The notes below the pieces were generated by a model. That model searched no databases and had not been told where the DNA came from. It worked only from the letters and a program-made list of their open reading frames with translations. Shown one piece after another: positions 44,623 to 51,589 of a DNA stretch of 64,000 bases. The stretch's first letter is position 1. Each line of letters starts with the position of its first letter. Origin of the DNA: an uncultured Clostridia bacterium (GTDB lineage: Bacteria > Bacillota > Clostridia > Oscillospirales > Oscillospiraceae); contig CAMWFH010000004.1 in NCBI GenBank assembly GCA_947173485.1, forward strand, positions 49,767 through 113,766. Reading direction: 5' to 3'. Position numbers and translations under genes: made by a program.

Positions 44623-45681
44623 ATGAAAAAGTCCCTCGCATGGCTCCTGACCCTGGTCCTGCTCCTAGGACTGCTGGCCGGCTGCGGCAACAACAGCAAG
44701 ACCCCCGATGAGCCCACGCCCCCCTCGAACAGCGATCAAAACACGCCCACCCCGCCGGTCAACGATCCCCCGGAGGCCCCGCCAACGGACCCCTCCCCCA
44801 CGGTGGACACCATGATCCTCAAGGAAGCGGACGACAAGATGATCAACACCTACACCCTGCTGGCGGTGGACCCCAACGCCCCCTTCACCGACGCTGACGG
44901 CAAGGCGGTGGACGGCGTGGCGGTGAATACCGCCGGGGCCGAGGCCCTGATCCAGTGGCTCCTCTCCGATGAGGGCCTGACCATGGCCGCCGAGTACGGC
45001 CAAGCCGACTTTGGCGACAGCCTCTTCTATCTCCTGGAGGGCGCGCCCAAGTACACCGGGGACATCGCCGCCGCCACCGAGGAGACGAAGACCATCCGCC
45101 TCTCCACCACCACCTCCGTCAACGACTCCGGCCTGCTGGGGGTCCTGCTGCCGGCCTTTGAGAGCAAGTACGGCTACACCGTGGAGGTCCAGTCCGCCGG
45201 CACCGGCAAGGCCATCGCCGCCGCCAAGTACGGCAACGCCGACCTGATCCTGGTCCACGCCAAGAGCCAGGAGGAGGCCTTCGTGGCCGATGGATTCTCC
45301 TATGTCCTGCCCGGCTTTGAGAGCGAGCGGCTGTCCTTCCTGTATAACTACTTCGTCCTCTGCGGCCCCTCTGACGACCCCGCCGGGGTGAAGGACTGCG
45401 CCAGCGTCCTGGACGCCTTCGCCGCCATCGCCGACGGCAAGTACGCCTTCATCTCCCGGGGCGACGGCTCCGGCACCCACACCAAGGAGCTGTCCCTGTG
45501 GCCGGAGAGCCTGGGCATCACCGCCGAGGCGGAGAGCTTCAAGGACTACACCAAGTGGTACACCTCCGCCAACGCCGGCATGGGGGCCTGCCTGGTGATG
45601 GCCGAGCAGATGCACGGCTACATCCTCACCGACAAGGCCACCTTCTTGACCTTCCAGGCCAATGGTGGTATCATGAGCTAA
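44623..45681 (+). CDS. tupA: Tungstate-binding lipoprotein TupA-like (apparently circularly permuted)
   Basis: Lipobox LLAGCG and a Pro-rich linker. The core TTTSVNDSGLLGVLLPAFE...AGTGKA...ISRGDGSGTHTKE...YILTDKATFL matches TupA hallmarks. The segment that is normally C-terminal sits at the N-terminus (aa 64-140). Confidence 0.8.
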   Translation: MKKSLAWLLTLVLLLGLLAGCGNNSKTPDEPTPPSNSDQNTPTPPVNDPPEAPPTDPSPTVDTMILKEADDKMINTYTLLAVDPNAPFTDADGKAVDGVAVNTAGAEALIQWLLSDEGLTMAAEYGQADFGDSLFYLLEGAPKYTGDIAAATEETKTIRLSTTTSVNDSGLLGVLLPAFESKYGYTVEVQSAGTGKAIAAAKYGNADLILVHAKSQEEAFVADGFSYVLPGFESERLSFLYNYFVLCGPSDDPAGVKDCASVLDAFAAIADGKYAFISRGDGSGTHTKELSLWPESLGITAEAESFKDYTKWYTSANAGMGACLVMAEQMHGYILTDKATFLTFQANGGIMS

Positions 45682-45689
45682 AGCGATGC

Positions 45690-45721
45690 GCCGGGGCAGG
45701 CCGCCTGCCCCGGCTTTTTTA
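45690..45721 (+). terminator. Intrinsic terminator between tupA and tupB
   Basis: 11-bp stem gccggggcagg / cctgccccggc followed by seven T. Confidence 0.75.
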
Positions 45722-45753
45722 TGATCGTAGGATGATGTAGGAGGTGTCCCCTT

Positions 45754-46440
45754 ATGCAGACGGCCCTGGAGAAGGCCCTCGCTCTGCTCCTCAGCGGCGA
45801 CAAGGAGCTGGGCAATATCCTGCTGGTGACGGCCAAGACCAGCGTCTCCAGCTCCCTGATCGCCCTGCTGCTGGGGGCGCCCCTGGGGATCTGGCTGGGG
45901 GCCTGCCGGTCCCGGTGGAAGCAGGTCCTGGTCATCCTGGACCGGACCCTTATGGGGATGCCACCGGTGGTCTGCGGTCTGCTCCTCTACCTGCTCTTCT
46001 CCGGGGTAGGGCCCTTTGGGCGGTACAAGCTGCTGTTCACGGTGCCCATCATGGTCCTGGCCCAGGTGCTGCTGATCACGCCGCTGGTGGTGGGGAATCT
46101 GGAGACCTATGTCTCCGGCATCGCCCAGCCGGTCCGGGAGACCGCCCTGGGCCTGGGCCTGGGGCGGGGCAGGACCTTCCTCCTGCTGGCCAATGAGTGC
46201 GTCTATCCCATCTTCTCCACCTATCTCCTGGCCTTCGCCCGGGCCATCGCCGAGGTGGGGGCGGTGTCCATGGTGGGCGGGGCCATCGCCTGGAAGACCA
46301 ACGTGATGACCACCGCCATCATGCAGTACACCAACCGGGGGAACTTCTCCCTGGGCATCGCCCTGGGGCTGATCCTGATGACCCTCTCCCTGGCGGTGAA
46401 CATCGCCGTATCTCTGCTGCAAAGGAGGCTGAGCCGGTGA
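45754..46440 (+). CDS. tupB: Tungstate ABC transporter permease
   Basis: 228 aa with 5-6 TM segments, MGMPPVVCGLLLYLLFS motif. The start follows the Shine-Dalgarno GGAGGTG. Confidence 0.8.
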   Translation: MQTALEKALALLLSGDKELGNILLVTAKTSVSSSLIALLLGAPLGIWLGACRSRWKQVLVILDRTLMGMPPVVCGLLLYLLFSGVGPFGRYKLLFTVPIMVLAQVLLITPLVVGNLETYVSGIAQPVRETALGLGLGRGRTFLLLANECVYPIFSTYLLAFARAIAEVGAVSMVGGAIAWKTNVMTTAIMQYTNRGNFSLGIALGLILMTLSLAVNIAVSLLQRRLSR

Positions 46441-47096
46441 AGGCAAGGGCCTGTACCAAGACCTTTGAGGGCCGGCGGGTGCTGTCGGTCCCGGAGATCT
46501 CCTTCGCGCCGGGGAAGATCTATGCCCTGATCGGGGCCAACGGCAGCGGGAAGAGCACCTTCGCCCGGCTGCTGGCCGGCGTGCTGCCGGCGGACGGCCG
46601 GGGCCGGGTCCTGGAGGGGCCGGGGCGGGTGGGGTATATGCCCCAGAGGAGCTACGCCTTCCGGCTCACCACCCAGGCCAACATCCTCCTTGCTGGCAAG
46701 GACCGGGACCGGGCGGCGCGTCTGATGGCGGCCCTGGGCCTGACGGACCTGGCCCGGCAGCGGGCCGGCGGCCTCTCCGGCGGGGAGACCGCCAAGATGG
46801 CCCTGGCCCGGCTGCTGATGGGGTCCTTCGACCTGCTGCTCCTGGACGAGCCCACGGCGGCCATGGACATGGAGTCGGCCATCCTGGCGGAGGGCCTGGT
46901 GGACGCCCACCGGCGGGAGACGGGCTGCACCGTCCTCCTGATCACCCACGACCTCCAGCAGGCCCGGCGCATGGCGGACGAGGCCCTCTTCTTCCGGGAG
47001 GGCCAGCTGTGGGAGCAGGGACCGGCCGAAACGCTGCTCTATACGCCGGAGCGGCCGGAGACCCGGCAGTTTTTGGCCTTCTACGGCGGCGCCTGA
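46437..47096 (+). CDS. tupC: Tungstate ABC transporter ATP-binding protein
   Basis: The GTG at 46437 overlaps the tupB stop. Walker A GANGSGKST, signature LSGGETAKMALARL, Walker B LLLLDEPT. Confidence 0.8.
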   Translation: MKARACTKTFEGRRVLSVPEISFAPGKIYALIGANGSGKSTFARLLAGVLPADGRGRVLEGPGRVGYMPQRSYAFRLTTQANILLAGKDRDRAARLMAALGLTDLARQRAGGLSGGETAKMALARLLMGSFDLLLLDEPTAAMDMESAILAEGLVDAHRRETGCTVLLITHDLQQARRMADEALFFREGQLWEQGPAETLLYTPERPETRQFLAFYGGA

Positions 47097-47101
47097 CCCG
47101 G

Positions 47102-47305
47102 TCAGTCCTCTGTAAAGGTGAACAGCTCCTCCACCGGCACATGAAAGACCTTTGCGATATCCATCGCCAGCTTCAGGGACGGGTTATACCGCCCGTTCTC
47201 CAGATGTACGATCGTCTCACGCCTGGCGTGTACCAGCTCCGCCAGCTCGCTCTGCTTCAATCCCGCTCTTTCCCGATATTCTTTGACCTTTGTTTTAAGG
47301 GCCAT
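47102..47305 (-). CDS. Small XRE-family HTH regulator (67 aa)
   Basis: KEYRERAGLKQSELAELVHARRETIVHLENGRYNPSLKLAMDIAKVF. Confidence 0.85.
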   Translation of the reverse strand: MALKTKVKEYRERAGLKQSELAELVHARRETIVHLENGRYNPSLKLAMDIAKVFHVPVEELFTFTED

Positions 47306-47306
47306 A

Positions 47307-47711
47307 TCAGACTCCCTTGCTGTCCATGATACAAAATAGGATGAACCGTATCACTGTCAGGACCAATATCATCCATACCAGGGCATAGCCCGCCGTCCCG
47401 CCGTCTATAGCCGCCACCCCGCAGGCGAAGGCGATGACGGTGGTGGCGGCGATCATGAGCTTCCACGCGATCGCGTCGGTCCTGCGCAGGTTCTGGATCG
47501 CCAGCTCGTCCTTCTCCTCTTTGCTGTACTTGCGGATACGGCTCGCCTGTAGGATAAAAAATAAGATGGTGACACCGGTGATGATGTTCTGGATCGTTGT
47601 ATAGTAGTCCTGCCAGTCCCTTCTTGCCCACATCCAGTAATAGCAGACCAGCAGTACCGCATAGATGATGCTCGTTCCGACCGTCTCCTTCAGTGTGACC
47701 TTCGACTTCAT
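47307..47711 (-). CDS. Small 4-TM membrane protein paired with the XRE regulator
   Basis: The ATG at 47711 follows GGAGGAA. A 1-nt gap separates it from the XRE gene. Low GC. Confidence 0.6.
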   Translation of the reverse strand: MKSKVTLKETVGTSIIYAVLLVCYYWMWARRDWQDYYTTIQNIITGVTILFFILQASRIRKYSKEEKDELAIQNLRRTDAIAWKLMIAATTVIAFACGVAAIDGGTAGYALVWMILVLTVIRFILFCIMDSKGV

Positions 47712-47905
47712 GTCCCATTCCTCCGTATGATATATTTTTAACTTCTGGGGTGTTATAAATATATCACTCGTCCTATTCTTTGTCAAGGACAAAATGTGAA
47801 ATATTTATAACTTATCACACAGCGGCATTTTTGCCGGAAAGGGCCCATATACCGCTAAAAACGGGACAAAAAGGCTAGGGAACGCAGAGACCGGCCAGAA
47901 AATAC

Positions 47906-47938
47906 GCAGGGCTCCAGGGAGATCTCCTGGAGCCCTGC
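47906..47938. terminator. Bidirectional-looking terminator hairpin after the mogA-moaE-like gene
   Basis: gcagggctccaggga-gatc-tcctggagccctgc, with T-rich flanks on both strands. Confidence 0.7.
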
Positions 47939-47942
47939 TCTT

Positions 47943-48824
47943 TTACAGCTCCTCCTCAGTCACACACTCGCTTTTCAGCCGGCCCACCAAATATTGCAGC
48001 GCCTCCACCACATGGGGCCGGGTGTCCCCGCCCACTAGGACCAGCATGATGTCGTCCCCGATGGCCAGCTCTCCGCTGTTCAACCAGGCCCGGACATGGT
48101 AGATCCCGTCCATGCGCCGGGCCGCCTCTACCGCCGCCTCCATCTTCTCCCGGTCGTAGCCGAAACGCATCCCCCGGACCAGCGGGACCGCCGCCCCCTC
48201 CCGGACCGCCGCCCGGGCAGTCTCCCGGACCACGCCGTTATGGGTGAGGTACATCCCGATCTTCCCGGCCTCCGGGCCGGCCTTGGCCTCCCGGAGCCAC
48301 TGGTCTATGGAGGGGGCCGTTTTTTTCTGGGTCGTGGCGCAGTCCGCCGAGCCGCTGGAGAGGAGCATATCCACCCCGTGGCGGACTGCGTCCAGCACCG
48401 CCAGCAGGTTCTCCCGGGCGGCCTTCTCGCTGCCGGGGAGGTTGACAATCAGCGTCCGGCCCCGGATGCCGGCGGCGGCCCTGGAGAGGCACCCCCGTGG
48501 GGTGATCCTCATGCTCTCCGCCCGCATGGCCTCCGGGATGCCCCGTGTCTCCCGCTCCACCACCGCCAGGGTGGCCTCCGGGGTCACGTCCCGGGGGGAG
48601 AAGCCGGTGCCGCCGGTGGTCAGGGCCAGCTGGACCCCCTCCTCGTCGGCGCAGTGGCAGAGCGCCGCCTGGATCTGGTCCATCTCATCCGGGAGGATGG
48701 CCCGGTAGACCACCTCCCAGCCCTTCTCCTCCAGGATGGCGCAGATGGCAGGGCCGCTGGTGTCCTTCCGCTCTCCTCTGGACCCCTTGTCGCTGATGGT
48801 GATGACTGCCGCTGTGTAACGCAT
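47943..48824 (-). CDS. MogA/MoaB-type domain fused to a MoaE-like domain
   Basis: The ATG at 48824 follows AAAGGAGGA. The N-terminal half has TTGGTGFSPRD and GSEKA (MogA). The C-terminal half, GMYLTHNGVVR...GELAIGDDIMLVLVGG...LVGRLK, follows the MoaE pattern as I remember it. Confidence 0.75.
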   Translation of the reverse strand: MRYTAAVITISDKGSRGERKDTSGPAICAILEEKGWEVVYRAILPDEMDQIQAALCHCADEEGVQLALTTGGTGFSPRDVTPEATLAVVERETRGIPEAMRAESMRITPRGCLSRAAAGIRGRTLIVNLPGSEKAARENLLAVLDAVRHGVDMLLSSGSADCATTQKKTAPSIDQWLREAKAGPEAGKIGMYLTHNGVVRETARAAVREGAAVPLVRGMRFGYDREKMEAAVEAARRMDGIYHVRAWLNSGELAIGDDIMLVLVGGDTRPHVVEALQYLVGRLKSECVTEEEL

Positions 48825-48886
48825 ATGTCCTCCTTTTTGTCTCCATCCCCTGGGGGCGGAGACCATATCCTTGCTCAAAATGCTCT

Positions 48887-49522
48887 CTAAAAGAGCGCAT
48901 CGAAGATCTGGGCCGTCTCCTCGGACATCCGCCGGGTGGCGGTCAGGCTCATGGACAGCACGTTCCCGTTCTTGTCCAGCCGGAGAGCCTTCTCCTTGCT
49001 CTTGGGATAGCCGAAGCGCAGCAGGGGGATATCCCCGGCGGCCAGGGGCCGGAGCTCGATGCTGCTGCCCTCCTCTCCCCACACCGCCCACTGGGAGCAG
49101 CAGTTGAAGGGCTCCTGGTGGGCCAGGTGGGGCTTGTCCCCCTGCTCCGCCTGCGAGATGAGCCGGGCTCCCGGCGGCAGGGCGGCGGGGCTGTCGTAGC
49201 TCTTGCCCTCCCAGCTCCAGTAAAAGGCCTCTGGATGCTCTACGACGACCCCCTTCGGGAACAGGGCGTCGTAGTCCCGCCCCAGCTCCCGCATACAGTA
49301 GTCGAAGGCGGGCTCCCGGTGGGTCACCGGCAGACGGGCCAGGGCATACAGCTGCTTTTTCAGCAGCGTGACCGGGTACACGATGTCCCCCACCTTGATG
49401 GAGGCGATGGTGGGCATCCGGGAGTGGAGGCTCCCAAAGACCACCTTGATAGGGCCGGTGTCCCCGGCTTTTTTCAACTTTTCCACCTGGTCCTGGGGCC
49501 AGTAGACCATATAAGACGCCAT
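48887..49522 (-). CDS. Hypothetical protein (211 aa) embedded between moaC and mogA-moaE
   Basis: Good coding-like composition. The stop lies 62 nt before the next start, and the start lies 13 nt after the moaC stop. I recognise no family. Confidence 0.55.
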   Translation of the reverse strand: MASYMVYWPQDQVEKLKKAGDTGPIKVVFGSLHSRMPTIASIKVGDIVYPVTLLKKQLYALARLPVTHREPAFDYCMRELGRDYDALFPKGVVVEHPEAFYWSWEGKSYDSPAALPPGARLISQAEQGDKPHLAHQEPFNCCSQWAVWGEEGSSIELRPLAAGDIPLLRFGYPKSKEKALRLDKNGNVLSMSLTATRRMSEETAQIFDALF

Positions 49523-49535
49523 ATCCCCGCTCCTC

Positions 49536-50057
49536 CTATCCGTCTATCGTCCTATCGCCCAGCCGTTCCGGTCCGGCGTCCTCCTCCCGGCGGAAGTCCC
49601 CGTGGACCCCGCCGGTCTTTTCCAGCAGCCGGATATCGGAGATGACCATATCCCGCTGGACGGCCTTGCACATATCGTAGACCGTCAGCGCCGCCGTGGC
49701 AGCGGCGGTGAGGGCCTCCATCTCCACGCCGGTCCGGCCGGCGCAGGTCACCTGGGCCCGGATATCCACGCAGCGGCGCGCCTCGTCCAGGGCCAGCCGG
49801 AGGTCGATGCCGTCCACCGCCACCGGATGGCACATGGGGATCAGCTCCGGTGTCCGCTTGGCCCCCATGACCCCGGCGATTTGGGCCACCGTCAGCACGT
49901 CCCCCTTCTTCACGCCGCCGTTGCGGATCAGTCCAAAGGTCTCCTCATTGACATACACCCGGGCCCCGGCCACCGCCGTCCGGCGGGTGGGGGCCTTCTC
50001 CCCCACGTCCACCATCTTGGCCCGGCCCTGGTCGTTGAAATGGGTAAAATCGCCCAT
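49536..50057 (-). CDS. moaC: Cyclic pyranopterin monophosphate synthase
   Basis: The ATG at 50057 follows GGAGGGAAG. Motifs HFNDQGRAKMVDV, IPMCHP and TGVEMEALTA. Confidence 0.95.
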   Translation of the reverse strand: MGDFTHFNDQGRAKMVDVGEKAPTRRTAVAGARVYVNEETFGLIRNGGVKKGDVLTVAQIAGVMGAKRTPELIPMCHPVAVDGIDLRLALDEARRCVDIRAQVTCAGRTGVEMEALTAAATAALTVYDMCKAVQRDMVISDIRLLEKTGGVHGDFRREEDAGPERLGDRTIDG

Positions 50058-50080
50058 ACGCTTCCCTCCTTCCGGCCCGC

Positions 50081-51043
50081 TCACGGCTTGCAGCGGCCGC
50101 AGGGCTCGTAGCCCATCTCGATGAGGTCGGCCCGCTGGCCGGTGTAGACCCCCCGGTTGGCCTCATCGATGGCGATGGAGCAGTCCGGCAGGTGGAATTT
50201 TTTCGTCTTGGTGTTCAGCTGATAGGTCTGGGACGGATCGGTCTGGACGGTCTGGCCGGTGCCCACGCTGGCATTCTCCCAGCTCTCCCCGGTGGCGTAG
50301 TCGATGGCGATGCCGGGCTGGGCGTTGTAGCAGAACACGTTGAAGGCGATGCCGTCCCCCTCGTCCTCCACGCTCCAGCCCTCCATCTGGACCCCGATGG
50401 CCACCAGGTCGCTGCCCTGGTAGACAGGGGTCACCCGGTAGAGGACGTGGTTGTCCGTCTCCTTCACATAGTCCGCCACCATGTTCTCAAAGGGCAGCAT
50501 CCCCTCGATGTTCAGGTAGCGAGTCCCGGTGATCAGGTTCTGCTTGTTGGCGTTCTCCCCCGCCAGCTGGAAGCCGATCAGATGGCAGCGGTTGTATAAG
50601 TATTTCCCGTCCACGATATCATACTTCACGCTCTGCCAGCCGGAGGGCTTCACCTGTCCGATGCCCTCCCGCTCATCCTCCGGCATCAGCTCCCGGCAGA
50701 TGTTGGCGTAGGCCACGCCGCAGCGGCCCAGCTCGTCCAGCTCCGCGTAGGTCTCGAAGGGCTCGGTGCTGGTCCGCTCCTCCTGGGTGAAGCCGGGGAC
50801 GCCGCCATTGATATCGATCCAGGGCTCCTCCTTTCGGAAGGCGGCCATGTCGATATCCCCCAGGGACACCCCGGTCCCCTCCACATCGGGGGCCGCGGGC
50901 TCGGGCAGGCTGTCCAGCAGGCGGGTGAACAGGACCCAGAGCAGCAGCATGAGCGCTGTGGTCAGCAGCATCTGCCAAAGGGACGGCCTGCTCTGCCGCC
51001 TCCTTTTTTTGCGGGGGCGGTAGTTGTTGGCATTTCTATACAC
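50081..51043 (-). CDS. Secreted/membrane-anchored DNA/RNA non-specific endonuclease (EndA/NucA-like) with a C-terminal Ada-like Cys4 tail
   Basis: N-terminal TM anchor and the NRCHLIGFQLAGENANKQNLITGTRYLN active-site region. The C-terminal FHLPDCSIA...GYEPCGRCKP forms the Cys4 tail. Confidence 0.8.
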   Translation of the reverse strand: MYRNANNYRPRKKRRRQSRPSLWQMLLTTALMLLLWVLFTRLLDSLPEPAAPDVEGTGVSLGDIDMAAFRKEEPWIDINGGVPGFTQEERTSTEPFETYAELDELGRCGVAYANICRELMPEDEREGIGQVKPSGWQSVKYDIVDGKYLYNRCHLIGFQLAGENANKQNLITGTRYLNIEGMLPFENMVADYVKETDNHVLYRVTPVYQGSDLVAIGVQMEGWSVEDEGDGIAFNVFCYNAQPGIAIDYATGESWENASVGTGQTVQTDPSQTYQLNTKTKKFHLPDCSIAIDEANRGVYTGQRADLIEMGYEPCGRCKP

Positions 51044-51446
51044 GCTCGTAGACCTCCTCCGTTATCTTCTCATGGGAAAAGCCGGCAAATCCCTCCTGGG
51101 ACACCAGCCGCCACCCCTCCCCCTGGACCGGGATGGCGAAGGTCTGGTCAAAGGGGTAGGTCCGCTCCCAGCGGTAGAGGACGATCCGCTCGATCTTCTC
51201 CTCATAGGCCGCCAGGTCCTCCCGTTCCACGAAGCACCACTCCCCAGGCTCCGCCTGGTCCAGGTAGTCTTCCGAGGCCAGCAGGGGGGTATTGGGGAAA
51301 AGGGGCTGGCTGTAGGGCGACATCCGCAGCAGGGCCCGGCCCGACGCGGCGGCGGCGATACGGGCACAGAGGGCCCGGTCCCGGGACAGGCGCTTGCCAT
51401 GGAAGCTCTGCCCCAACCGGTCCTCCACGCAGACAAGGACGGTCAT
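51036..51446 (-). CDS. Hypothetical protein (136 aa), possibly DHFR/RibD-C-like fold
   Basis: The ATG at 51446 follows GGAGGGAGA. The pattern MTVLVCVEDRLGQSFHGKRLSRDRAL... resembles a RibD_C-like N-terminus. Confidence 0.55.
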   Translation of the reverse strand: MTVLVCVEDRLGQSFHGKRLSRDRALCARIAAAASGRALLRMSPYSQPLFPNTPLLASEDYLDQAEPGEWCFVEREDLAAYEEKIERIVLYRWERTYPFDQTFAIPVQGEGWRLVSQEGFAGFSHEKITEEVYERV

Positions 51447-51486
51447 CGTTCTCCCTCCGTTCTTTCGATCGTTTTTTGGTATCTCT

Positions 51487-51515
51487 ATCATACTCGCCCT
51501 GGGGCAGAAAAGCAA
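51487..51515 (-). promoter_or_regulatory. sigmaA-type promoter for the 51446-to-47943 gene string
   Basis: The minus strand reads TTGCTT, 17 nt, TATGAT. Confidence 0.5.
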
Positions 51516-51532
51516 GACAGATCAGCTGCCTG

Positions 51533-51561
51533 TTGAAAACTTCATGATTTTATGGTAGAAT
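51533..51561 (+). promoter_or_regulatory. sigmaA-type promoter for the Fic gene
   Basis: TTGAAA, 17 nt, (TGg)TAGAAT. Confidence 0.6.
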
Positions 51562-51589
51562 CGATGTAACGAAACGAGGGAGGACAGAT

